From contig DZBJ01000013.1 of assembly GCA_022736275.1 (NCBI GenBank), positions 220 to 64,219 of the forward strand: a DNA stretch of 64,000 bases, written 5' to 3'. Positions 26,809 through 36,184 of this stretch are shown here, piece by piece; within the stretch, counting starts at the first letter, position 1; each line of letters opens with the position of its first letter. Position numbers and translations under genes: made by a program. This DNA comes from Rikenella microfusus. Lineage in GTDB: Bacteria > Bacteroidota > Bacteroidia > Bacteroidales > VadinHA17. The notes under the pieces are model-generated. The model was not told the DNA's origin. It did not search any database and saw nothing but the letters and a program-made list of their open reading frames with translations.

Positions 26809-26957
26809 CAACCCTGTGTTCTCATCAGCCCGGCATCAGTGCACTTTACTCTGTGCTCTGCGCCACTGACGCTCCTTTGTCGGTCAGTGCCTTCGGCCTG
26901 CGCTCTCCCGCTATGGCGGGACTGCGTCGCTTCGCTCCTTGTGTGCCCCGTAGTCTG

Positions 26958-29354
26958 TCATTTTACCTGTGAAGGCCTGAAAACCATCTCATATTTTTTT
27001 GCTGCCTCCACCGCCTGATCGGTAAACGGTTCGCTGTAAAACCCGTTATTGACATATGTCTCAGTCTGAGAGAGGTAGAAAGGGCTTCCCGGTATGCCGG
27101 ATGTGCCCGTTGGTATCACCGTCAGCGACTTGTCCCAATCGGCCGTGTTGAATATATGCCTCTCGGAGGCACCGTTGTTCACTGCAAAGTTATCCTTGTA
27201 CGTATAGGGTTCAACCGTATGATAACTCCCTCCCACGCTGTAGGTCTCTGAGTTCAGTCGCAGAAGCCTGTCGAGTATCTTCACCGATCCCAGGGGGTGT
27301 TCAAGGGTGAAGGTATGTATCCTGCCCCACTGCCAGTTCTCACCAAAGACCCCGTATCTTGCACCCAGCGTATCAACGGCCGAGCTGATGCTCATGGCAA
27401 TGACCTCCTCCATCGTCTCCTGTCCGGGGGTGTTTATGTTGTCAACCCATCCGTCCGGACCCTCGTTTACCATCTTATATATGTAAAAATCGTGCTGCCT
27501 GCCCAGGGCCGACCCGTAGAGATCAGCAAGCTCGTCCTTCATTATGTGGCGGGCCAGCTCAATCCTGATGAATTCAAACAGTGCAGGTGCAATGAGCGAG
27601 GCATCCATTGAATAATCCCAGCCTGTCAGCTCCTCAATGGCTGCCTTTTCGTCATCATCAGGTTCCGTGATCAGGGCTGATGCCTTAAGGATCACCGGAG
27701 TGAGCATGGCTGCATAGGCAGAGTGATTATCAGTAATCATCCTTTTAAAATCCTCAATACCCAGTATCTCCTTCTCAGAGGCCATCTGTCTGATGCGCAG
27801 TATGCGGTAAGGCATCGAAAATTCACCGCTGATAAAAAAGGGATAGTCGTCACCTGCGGTACGCTGGTTGGCTGACGAGACGAATCCCTCTTCCGGGTTT
27901 AACGAGGAGGGCAAAAGCTCGAAGGGCACAAATCCCTTCCACTCATATTCATCGGTGTCACCCCTGCGCGGCAACAGGCCTGTACCTTTTCTTACAGGCA
28001 CTCCGCCTCCTGTCTGCAGGCCGATGTTGCCGTCCACATCGGCATAGGCGAAGTTCTGGCTTATCGACCTGAAGTTGCTCAGGGCTTCACGGAACTCATC
28101 CCAGTTGCCAGCCCGGTTAAGCATGTATACTGCCTTTATCTCGTCGCTTTCACGGTATCCTGACCAGCACATTGTCAGCATGACATCATCAATACCCCTC
28201 ATGCCGGAGATGACCGGACCGTGATGAGTGTACCTGATGACCTTTGTAACGGAAGAATCGTCACTGATTTTGATTACCTCCTCCTCATCCCTGAATGGCA
28301 GCCACTCGCCTTTATACAGGTAGTCGTTTCCGGTTGAATCAACCGTCTCAACAAACAGGTCGATATCATCAACACTCAGGTTCGTCATACCCCATGCTAT
28401 TCGGTCATTGTGTCCTCCCACAATGAACGGCTCACCCGGGAATATCACCCCGGTCACGTTAAGTTCCCCGGGGATGACCTGGTGAACCTGCATCCAGAAC
28501 CCCGGGATATTCAATCCCAGGTGCATGTCGTTTGAAAGTATCGGTTCCCCGGTCTCGCTCCTGCTGCCCGAAACAGCCCAGTTGTTGCTTCCCGACAGGG
28601 TAAAGATGCCAAGTTCCTCAAGCTCCTTCATTGAGCCTATTGCAGATAATGCCTCCTCCATCAGCTTCTCATCAATCACGAAATCAGGGAATACCACCTC
28701 ATCAACCAGCTTCCAGTCGGCAATCAGCTCCGCGGCCTTCTCCGGCCCGAGCATCTTCCCCAGCTTATAACGGTTTATCTCGTCTGACAGGTTGGAAGAG
28801 GCGAGATCCCAGCCGATAAACCCTATAATATTGGTAATATCTATCATTGTCCAGGGCTCGGGACTGTAACCGAGTATCCTGAACTCCGGAGGCAGTTTTT
28901 TGCCGCTCTCAGTTATCCAGGCATTTACTCCGTTGGCATAGGCCTGGAGGGTGGCAAGAATTGCGGGATCCTCCTTATCAAGGAGCATCTGTGATTTCTT
29001 TGACATCCCCAGCGCCCTTAGAAAATAGTCGGTCTCCGTCATGTCGCGCTTGAAAAGTTCGGAAAGCCTGCCCTGGGTTGCATGCCGTACCATGTCCATC
29101 TGCCACAACCTCTCCTGGGCGGTGATATACCCGGTCATGAAATAGAGATCGTGCTCATTGGTGGCATAGATATGCGGAACCCCGCGCTCATCTCGGATGA
29201 CCCTGACGTCAGCCGTAAGCCCTGAAAGGTTCTTCTCTCCGTTAAGCTCGGGCAGACCCGACTTGCGGAGAGAGGAGACAACAATGACAACTGCGATCAA
29301 TGCAACGGCAACAATGACGCCAATGATCTTAAGGGAAGTTTTAAGGATCTTCAT
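26958..29354 (-). CDS. Penicillin acylase family Ntn-hydrolase (possible acyl-homoserine-lactone/beta-lactam acylase), membrane-anchored
   Basis: 798 aa with an N-terminal TM helix. LSGSNNWAVSG contains the autoproteolytic Ser nucleophile motif typical of the family. Confidence 0.85.
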   Translation of the reverse strand: MKILKTSLKIIGVIVAVALIAVVIVVSSLRKSGLPELNGEKNLSGLTADVRVIRDERGVPHIYATNEHDLYFMTGYITAQERLWQMDMVRHATQGRLSELFKRDMTETDYFLRALGMSKKSQMLLDKEDPAILATLQAYANGVNAWITESGKKLPPEFRILGYSPEPWTMIDITNIIGFIGWDLASSNLSDEINRYKLGKMLGPEKAAELIADWKLVDEVVFPDFVIDEKLMEEALSAIGSMKELEELGIFTLSGSNNWAVSGSRSETGEPILSNDMHLGLNIPGFWMQVHQVIPGELNVTGVIFPGEPFIVGGHNDRIAWGMTNLSVDDIDLFVETVDSTGNDYLYKGEWLPFRDEEEVIKISDDSSVTKVIRYTHHGPVISGMRGIDDVMLTMCWSGYRESDEIKAVYMLNRAGNWDEFREALSNFRSISQNFAYADVDGNIGLQTGGGVPVRKGTGLLPRRGDTDEYEWKGFVPFELLPSSLNPEEGFVSSANQRTAGDDYPFFISGEFSMPYRILRIRQMASEKEILGIEDFKRMITDNHSAYAAMLTPVILKASALITEPDDDEKAAIEELTGWDYSMDASLIAPALFEFIRIELARHIMKDELADLYGSALGRQHDFYIYKMVNEGPDGWVDNINTPGQETMEEVIAMSISSAVDTLGARYGVFGENWQWGRIHTFTLEHPLGSVKILDRLLRLNSETYSVGGSYHTVEPYTYKDNFAVNNGASERHIFNTADWDKSLTVIPTGTSGIPGSPFYLSQTETYVNNGFYSEPFTDQAVEAAKKYEMVFRPSQVK

Positions 29355-29417
29355 GGTGGTTTAATTTGGTTTGCTTAAAATTAGTAAATGCTGTGCACCC
29401 GGCAATATTCACGGCAG

Positions 29418-30419
29418 TCAGCTTTTAAAAAAAATCCGCCTTCCCTGCGGACAGTTGCGGCATATATCTGTCCCTCCCCGGCTTCTGATGACAGCATTCC
29501 TGAACGAGACATACTTATCTCCATCCCATATATCCCTGAATGCCTGGTTATTGAGATTGCCCATGGAGTGATCTGCATTCTTATCATAACAACATGGTAC
29601 CACATCGCCGTCGGCAGTGATGACCGCCGTGGTCCACATTCTCATGCACCCTCTCGCCGGGGAGCGGGCTGACTTCCATTGACCCCTTTCAAACATGTAC
29701 CTTGATCTTCTTGCGTCAGAGGGCATCCACTCTCCTGCCCTCTCATTGTCAATCACCTGTATGCTCTTTATCCTGAACCCAGCCCCGGCGGACGCGGCAA
29801 ATGCAGCTGCGGCTGTCGCTTCATGCTCATTGCCCCTGTGCAGCAGGAACTGAAGCTCCGGCTTCAGCGACGAGCCCGTCTCCCTGATGATCCCGGTCAG
29901 TCTCCTTATGCCGTCAGTGACACGCGCATGATCGCCGCCTCTCCTGTATATATGGTATGCTTGCGGGGTTACCCCGTCATAGGAAATAATTATCCTCTTC
30001 AGGGAAGAGGCCGCCAGCTTAAGGCATGTCTCCCTGTCGAGAAAGTGACCGTTTGTCGAGATCTCCGGATTCATTCCTGTGAAGAGCTCAAGAATATCGA
30101 AGAAACGGGGATGCATCATCGGCTCCCCCTGGAAGGAGAGCCGCGAAGAAAACGTCCGGCCACTGAGCTCATCTGCAATTTTTTTTGCCAGGGTGGTACT
30201 GATGAAGCCGTTCTCTCTCCTGAGAAGCCCGGCGCCGGTGAAACACTCCGGACAGGCAAGGTTGCACCTGCTGCTCAGCTCAACACTTATCGCCGGCGGT
30301 AAGGGCGGATTGACGGAAATGCCGAGGAATCTCTTAACTGCATAAGAGAAAACAGAGTAACTTGCATTCAGTAACGGTGAATTCATGGCAGTGTCAAATG
30401 AACAATTTTTTTTCCTCAA
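29418..30419 (-). CDS. Radical SAM / SPASM domain protein
   Basis: CNLACPEC (CX3CX2C) cluster motif. C-terminal Cys-rich CMRMW...VPCCYD...CRNCPQG is SPASM-like. An alternative start at MNSPLL (30386) is possible. Confidence 0.8.
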   Translation of the reverse strand: MRKKNCSFDTAMNSPLLNASYSVFSYAVKRFLGISVNPPLPPAISVELSSRCNLACPECFTGAGLLRRENGFISTTLAKKIADELSGRTFSSRLSFQGEPMMHPRFFDILELFTGMNPEISTNGHFLDRETCLKLAASSLKRIIISYDGVTPQAYHIYRRGGDHARVTDGIRRLTGIIRETGSSLKPELQFLLHRGNEHEATAAAAFAASAGAGFRIKSIQVIDNERAGEWMPSDARRSRYMFERGQWKSARSPARGCMRMWTTAVITADGDVVPCCYDKNADHSMGNLNNQAFRDIWDGDKYVSFRNAVIRSRGGTDICRNCPQGRRIFFKS

Positions 30420-30493
30420 TGTATAGGGTAGTGGGGACTATTCCGGTCATTACTATACAAAGATGATCTGATTAATAACAACTAATAAACAGA

Positions 30494-31798
30494 ATGACCA
30501 TGAAAACCAGAGTATTTTTAACAGTGATAGCTTCGGCACTTCTTCTCCTTATATCGGCAGGAGATCTGTCAGCATCAGCTGCTCCGGCCAAAACGAAGAA
30601 GGATCAGCAGAAGGTTGTCATCATCCGCGGAAGGGTGATTGATACCGAGACCAACCTCCCACTTGTTTTTGCAGGCATAGCAGTACAGGGAACCAACGTC
30701 TCAACCGTCACCAACCTCGACGGTGAATTCACTCTTAAGGTAGGCGATGACGAGACAGGCAAGATCGAGTTCTCCTACGTCGGATACAAGAACAAGGTGA
30801 TGGCTATCGATGAGATGAAGACCAACGGCCAGCGCAATGTTATTGCCATGGAAACCGCAATGATCCCGATTAAAGAGGTCATTGTAAAACCACTGATCCC
30901 GACTGAAATCATGGAGCAGGTGATAGCCCGCTTCAGCGACAACTACCCGGTGATTCCGAATGACATGACCGGGTTCTACCGTGAGACTATCAGAAAAAAC
31001 CGCAGTTACATCTCTATAGGAGAAGCCATTGTTGAAGTCTTCAAGGCTCCCTATCAGAATGACCTCAGGTTTGATGCCGTCAGGATATACAAGGGGAGGA
31101 AGAGCAATGACGTTGAGAAGATGGATACTGTCCTCTTCAAACTCCAGGGCGGCCCCACAACAACCCTGTACCTTGATGTGGTCAAGAACCCCGAGACCTT
31201 CCTTACAAGGGAATCTCTCAGTCAGTATGACCTCGAGCTGACAAGCATGGTGGTCATTGATGACAGGACCAATTACGTTATCAACTTCTACCAGAAGCCC
31301 TTCATCTCAACACCTCTTTACCAGGGAAGAATGTTCATTGATATCGAGACCTATGCCGTGGCACAGGTGGAGTTTGCATTCAACCTCGAGAACAAGGAGC
31401 TTGCAACATCAATGTTCATCAGGAAGAAACCCCTGGGTATGCAGGTGACACCCGAGGTAACCTCTTACATGGTCCGTTACCGTGAAATGGACGGCAAATG
31501 GTACTTCACCCACTCCAGGGCAGAGGTCAAATTCAAGGTTGACTGGAAGAAGAAACTCTTCAATACAAACTACACCACGATGTCAGAGCTTGCCATAACA
31601 GATCGTACAGAGCAGGACGTTGTGAAATTCACATCAAAGGAGAGAATCAAGCCGACGGACGTCTTCAGTGAAGAGGTGGCAGCCTTTGCAGATCCCGACT
31701 TCTGGGGAGACTATAACGTCATTGAGCCGGATCAGAGCATTGAGGCAGCGATAAAAAGACTTAGCAGGAAAGTAAAATTCAGCGACAGGACGGAATAA
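30494..31798 (+). CDS. CarboxypepD_reg-like domain protein, secreted, function unknown
   Basis: Signal peptide, then IRGRVIDTETNLPLVFAGIAVQGTNVSTVTNLDGEFTLKV. The C-terminal region is paralogous to the 33342-34898 product. Confidence 0.75.
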   Translation: MTMKTRVFLTVIASALLLLISAGDLSASAAPAKTKKDQQKVVIIRGRVIDTETNLPLVFAGIAVQGTNVSTVTNLDGEFTLKVGDDETGKIEFSYVGYKNKVMAIDEMKTNGQRNVIAMETAMIPIKEVIVKPLIPTEIMEQVIARFSDNYPVIPNDMTGFYRETIRKNRSYISIGEAIVEVFKAPYQNDLRFDAVRIYKGRKSNDVEKMDTVLFKLQGGPTTTLYLDVVKNPETFLTRESLSQYDLELTSMVVIDDRTNYVINFYQKPFISTPLYQGRMFIDIETYAVAQVEFAFNLENKELATSMFIRKKPLGMQVTPEVTSYMVRYREMDGKWYFTHSRAEVKFKVDWKKKLFNTNYTTMSELAITDRTEQDVVKFTSKERIKPTDVFSEEVAAFADPDFWGDYNVIEPDQSIEAAIKRLSRKVKFSDRTE

Positions 31799-31815
31799 CG
31801 AAGGGCCACTGAAGA

Positions 31816-32349
31816 ATGACCAGTGACAGTGATATCATAAGGAGGATCAGGCAGGGCGACAAACAGGAGTTTGAGAAGCTGTTCAGATCCTCCTATGTTT
31901 CACTGGTGCGGTATGCAAAGACAATCCTCAGAGACCATGACACTGCGGAAGAGATAGTTCAGGAACTCTTCTTCAGGCTCTGGCAGGACAGGCAGAACCT
32001 CACGATTGAAAGCTCTTTGAACGGATACCTTTATCGCTCAGTCCATAACAGGGCGCTTCACTATATAGAACATCAGCAGGTGGTCAGCCGCCATGCAGGC
32101 GAGATGACTGCCAGGGCTGAAGTGGTCTCGGAACCTGTGACCGAAGCGATATACTACAGCGAGCTACAGGCCAGGGTGGCAAGAGTGCTCGAACGCCTGC
32201 CCGAGAGGTGCAGGATGATATTCAGGATGAGCCGGTTCGAAGGACTGAAATACAACGAAATAGCGAATAAACTTACGGTTTCTCTCAAGACTGTCGAGGC
32301 AGACATGGGAAAAGCCCTCAGGGAATTCAAAAAAGCACTTGCAGAGTAA
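31816..32349 (+). CDS. ECF-type RNA polymerase sigma-70 family factor
   Basis: 177 aa. Region 2 (AEEIVQELFFRLW) and region 4 (YNEIANKLTVSLKTVEADMGKAL) motifs. Confidence 0.9.
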   Translation: MTSDSDIIRRIRQGDKQEFEKLFRSSYVSLVRYAKTILRDHDTAEEIVQELFFRLWQDRQNLTIESSLNGYLYRSVHNRALHYIEHQQVVSRHAGEMTARAEVVSEPVTEAIYYSELQARVARVLERLPERCRMIFRMSRFEGLKYNEIANKLTVSLKTVEADMGKALREFKKALAE

Positions 32350-33335
32350 TGATAAAGAATAAACATACAGACCAGTTGAATGACCGGGAGTGGGCCGAGG
32401 CGGCAGCATGGCTCTCTGGTGAAGAGAGCTCCGGAGACGAAGCGGCCAGGCTCCTGATCAGTGAAGAGGGAGAGATAATGAAAAAATGGAATGATCTGAA
32501 ATATACAGATGACAGAATTATTGATGTTGACAAAGCCTGGGAGAAACTCAATGGCAGATTAGAGGCCGAAACGCCTGTAATAACCTTTCAGAGAGCTTCA
32601 TTCCTCCGGACATTCGCCAGGATTGCCGCAACGGTAATCATCGTTGCAGGCATCGGATGGCTTCTCTTTGAGGTTGCTGCTCCGGATAAACTGACAGTTG
32701 CATCCTCAGTTGATGAGAAGAACATCGAACTGCAGCTTGCCGACGGCAGCAAGGTCTATCTCAACCGTGACAGTGAGCTGACCTACCCGAAGGAGTTCGG
32801 TCGCAACAGCAGAAAGGTGTCACTTAAGGGCGAAGCCTTCTTCGACATAGCCCCTGACGCATCACGTCCCTTTATCATCGATGCCGGAAAAGCCAGCGTC
32901 ATGGTGCTGGGCACCTCGTTCAGCGTGATGACTGACAACGGCAACAATGAGGTTGAAGTATTTGTTGAATCAGGCAAAGTCATGCTAACAAGTTCTGACG
33001 GATCGCACAGCATGACCCTCGAGCCTGACTACGTGGGAAAGGTATCTTCCGGTGGCTCGTCACAGGCTGTCAACACCAACGCCAATTACCTGTCATGGCA
33101 TACTGACCTGCTGGTCTTCGACGGCGAACCTCTTGAGGTGGTCTTCAAAGACCTGAAACGCACCTTCAATATCGATATCAGGGCAGGTGACCCGGTGATA
33201 AACGGGTACAGGCTGACCTCTCCTTTTGAACACCAGCCTCACGATACAATTATTAAACTGATTTGCACTACCTTTAACCTTCGTTCTGTCAGGGAGGAAG
33301 GTGCTTATACGCTCTATCCAGGACAGGCTCAATAA
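32349..33335 (+). CDS. FecR family anti-sigma factor
   Basis: The start overlaps the sigma gene stop (TAATG). Single TM helix (FARIAATVIIVAGIGWLLF). GEAFFDI...VLGTSFSV FecR core. Confidence 0.85.
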   Translation: MIKNKHTDQLNDREWAEAAAWLSGEESSGDEAARLLISEEGEIMKKWNDLKYTDDRIIDVDKAWEKLNGRLEAETPVITFQRASFLRTFARIAATVIIVAGIGWLLFEVAAPDKLTVASSVDEKNIELQLADGSKVYLNRDSELTYPKEFGRNSRKVSLKGEAFFDIAPDASRPFIIDAGKASVMVLGTSFSVMTDNGNNEVEVFVESGKVMLTSSDGSHSMTLEPDYVGKVSSGGSSQAVNTNANYLSWHTDLLVFDGEPLEVVFKDLKRTFNIDIRAGDPVINGYRLTSPFEHQPHDTIIKLICTTFNLRSVREEGAYTLYPGQAQ

Positions 33336-33341
33336 TATCTG

Positions 33342-34898
33342 ATGCGGCCAACGGGTTCAAGGGGAAATCCAGCGATCCTGGTTGCGGGACTGTTGCTTCT
33401 CTCCCTTAATTCGTTCTCGCAGGAGAACGTCCTTGACAGGGAGCTTAAACTGACAGGAAACAGTACACCGGCATCCAGGGCCCTGAGCGAGGTAAGCAGG
33501 CTTACCGGCTTCCTCTTTACCTATGACAGTCAGATAATCAATGCCGACAGGGCATTTGTAATCCCCCGTTACGATATGACGGTGAGGGAGATCCTCGATT
33601 CTGTGACCGGTGACCCCGCCGTAAGATATTCAGTGATTGGGAGGCACATCATCCTCTACCGCGAGATTGCGGGAACTCCTGCTGACGACACTCTCGCTGA
33701 ACCGGCACCCCTGACCTTTTTTATAAGCGGCAGGATAACCGATGCCGAGAGCTCCGAACCCCTCCCCTATGCCACTATCGGAATCAGCAGCCGTGGCAGG
33801 GGAACAGTGACTAACATCAACGGCGATTTTATACTCAGGGTCAGCGTGGAGTGCCTTGAGGATACGCTTTCTGTTTCATATGTGGGTTATGTCAACCGCC
33901 GGATACCTGTCAGAAGTCTGCCGGGCAACTACATGACCATCAGCATGGACAGGGATTTCATCCCTATCCCCGAAATAATTATCAGGGCACAGGACCCTCT
34001 GCTAATAATCCGGAAGACGATCTCATCGGTGGCATCCAACTACGGCACCACACCGGCGCTGCTGACCGGTTTTTACCGTGAGGGAGTCTACCGCCGGAAA
34101 GAGCCCCAGATATACTCTGAAGCAGTGGTGCAGATATATAAGAGCCCCTACGCCCGGTCATTGCAGACTGATCAGATGAAGGTTCTGCGCAGCAGGAAGA
34201 TCGAAAACCTTGAGGCAAAGGACACGCTTGCTGTCAGGCTCAAGGCCGGATTAAGCGCCTCACTGTCGCTCGACGGCATGAGGCACCTGTTTGATTTTCT
34301 TGATCCTGAGTCATTCAACTCATACGAGTACCATCTCACGGATATCGTAACCATCGACGGGCAGACTGCCTTTGTTATATCATTCAGCCAGAAGAACTGG
34401 GTAACGGAACCCCTGATGCAGGGTGACATCTATATCGATGTCGACAACTACAGTGTCGTTCTGGCAGAATTTGAAGTGAATCCTCTCTTTATTGACCAGA
34501 CGGGTGAATCATTGATAAGCCGTCTCCCCCGCGATTACTCGATGAAACCTGAGTATGTCAGGTACAGGGCGCGCTACAGACAGGTTGGAGGGAGGTACTG
34601 CCTGTCACACGTAAGAGGCGATCTCGGCTTCCTGGCCAGGGGAAAGAAAAAGCTGTTCAGCAGCCGCTTCAATATCTTCTTTGAGCTTGCTGTTACCGAT
34701 TACCGTACAGATAATGTGGAGCGGTTTGACCACGAGGAGCTTGCTCCTGCCTATTCGATCTTCTCGCGAACCATCAACGGGTATGACGCGGAGTTCTGGC
34801 AGGACTTCGATTTTCTCAAACCGGAGGAGGACCTCGTAGAGGCTCTCCAAAAACTCAATGTGAGACTGGGTGAATTCGGCAGGAACCCTCTGCCCTGA
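33342..34898 (+). CDS. STN (secretin/TonB N-terminus) plus CarboxypepD_reg-like domain protein lacking a TonB-dependent barrel
   Basis: ALSEVSRLTGFLFTYDSQII...MTVREILDSV is STN-like, followed by ISGRITDAESSEPLPYATIGI...NINGDFIL. Only 518 aa. The C-terminal half aligns with the 30494 product (GFYRE...IYKSPY...). Confidence 0.75.
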   Translation: MRPTGSRGNPAILVAGLLLLSLNSFSQENVLDRELKLTGNSTPASRALSEVSRLTGFLFTYDSQIINADRAFVIPRYDMTVREILDSVTGDPAVRYSVIGRHIILYREIAGTPADDTLAEPAPLTFFISGRITDAESSEPLPYATIGISSRGRGTVTNINGDFILRVSVECLEDTLSVSYVGYVNRRIPVRSLPGNYMTISMDRDFIPIPEIIIRAQDPLLIIRKTISSVASNYGTTPALLTGFYREGVYRRKEPQIYSEAVVQIYKSPYARSLQTDQMKVLRSRKIENLEAKDTLAVRLKAGLSASLSLDGMRHLFDFLDPESFNSYEYHLTDIVTIDGQTAFVISFSQKNWVTEPLMQGDIYIDVDNYSVVLAEFEVNPLFIDQTGESLISRLPRDYSMKPEYVRYRARYRQVGGRYCLSHVRGDLGFLARGKKKLFSSRFNIFFELAVTDYRTDNVERFDHEELAPAYSIFSRTINGYDAEFWQDFDFLKPEEDLVEALQKLNVRLGEFGRNPLP

Positions 34899-34987
34899 AA
34901 GTGAACTGCCCCGGAGAAGTTCGCTGGCAACCTGTTACTGGAAGTAGACAGGCATGTTTATACTGCTGATTGCCAGACGGGAGGCCG

Positions 34988-36001
34988 CTAGTACCTTTCC
35001 AGTATCTTGTAGAGGGCTGTGAGGTCAGGCGTAAGGATGATCTCCGTCCTCCTGTTCTTCTGCCTTGCATCGGGGGTCTTGTTCGGATCAACAGGCATGT
35101 ATTCGCTTCGGCCTGATGCCACCAGCCTCTTCGGGTTGATATGAGTATCCTGCGTAAGGACCCTGATCACGGTGGTGGACCTTTTTACACTAAGGTCCCA
35201 GTTGTCAAGTATCTGCTGGCCCGGTGCAGCCCTGTAAGGCACATCATCAGTATGGCCCTCGATGGTGACGGTGACATCCGTATTCTTCTCCAACAGGGCT
35301 CCCAGCTTGCGCAGGGCAGCGCGGCCGTTGGCGTCAATCTCATAGCTTCCTGTCCTGAACAGCAGCTTGTCATCCATCGATACATATACCTGGCCATTCT
35401 TCGTGGTCACAGTGAGCCCGTTGTTCTCAAAGCCGAAGAGCGCATCTGAAACCTTGTCTTTCAGCGCCTTCACCGCCTTTTGCTGGGCGTCAAGCATCTT
35501 CTCGAGCTCAGCCAGTCTGACATTACGCCTCTCAAGTTCGTAGGTGAGTTCCTCGAGGGCTGCTTTTTTGGTGTCAAGGTTCATCTCGAGATCACGCATC
35601 AGATCCTCCCTCTGCTGAAGTTCAGTCTGCGTCTGCCTCAGGTCGGCCAGCAGCCGCTGCGTCTCCTCCGCCCTTCCCGCAGCCATCTCGGCCTGTGCCT
35701 TCTGAAGCTCCTCATAGCGGGTGGTGAGCCTGCCATATTCATCCCTTGATTGCGTCAGGTCAGACTGAACCTTTTCAAGCTCAGTCTTCAACCTGGCTGT
35801 CTCTTCCGTGAGTTGCGCCAACTTCGTTGTGAGCTCCCTGTTCGACATTGACAGCCAGATATTCTCTGCCTTCAACGAATCACGCTCCGCCATCAGCATG
35901 TAACTCCTGTCATTCAAGGTATTGTACTTCTTACCAGTCACACATGAGCCTGCTGCCAGTGCAATCAGCACTACCGGTAATAAAATTTTCCGTGAGATCA
36001 T
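34988..36001 (-). CDS. OmpA family protein with long coiled-coil region
   Basis: C-terminal VTIEGHTDDVPY...NWDLSVKRSTTVIRVL...NRRTEIIL OmpA/MotB peptidoglycan-binding motif. The central part is rich in heptad-like E/L/K/Q. Confidence 0.85.
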   Translation of the reverse strand: MISRKILLPVVLIALAAGSCVTGKKYNTLNDRSYMLMAERDSLKAENIWLSMSNRELTTKLAQLTEETARLKTELEKVQSDLTQSRDEYGRLTTRYEELQKAQAEMAAGRAEETQRLLADLRQTQTELQQREDLMRDLEMNLDTKKAALEELTYELERRNVRLAELEKMLDAQQKAVKALKDKVSDALFGFENNGLTVTTKNGQVYVSMDDKLLFRTGSYEIDANGRAALRKLGALLEKNTDVTVTIEGHTDDVPYRAAPGQQILDNWDLSVKRSTTVIRVLTQDTHINPKRLVASGRSEYMPVDPNKTPDARQKNRRTEIILTPDLTALYKILERY

Positions 36002-36150
36002 GACCTGCCTTTTTTTGACTTTACCCCTTCTGCGAATTAAACAATAAACTCCTAACCCTGTTGTTAATAGTTGAATGATTAATTAACAATAGGGAATATT
36101 TACAACCATCACCGGGTTTGATGAAATTGATGCGAAACTTAAAATATGAG

Positions 36151-36158
36151 TATCTTTG
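36151..36158 (+). promoter_or_regulatory. Bacteroidota -7 promoter box TATCTTTG
   Basis: Exact TAnnTTTG match 27 nt upstream of the dxs start. Confidence 0.5.
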
Positions 36159-36184
36159 CCCGGTCATTCAGGAACATTTTTTAA

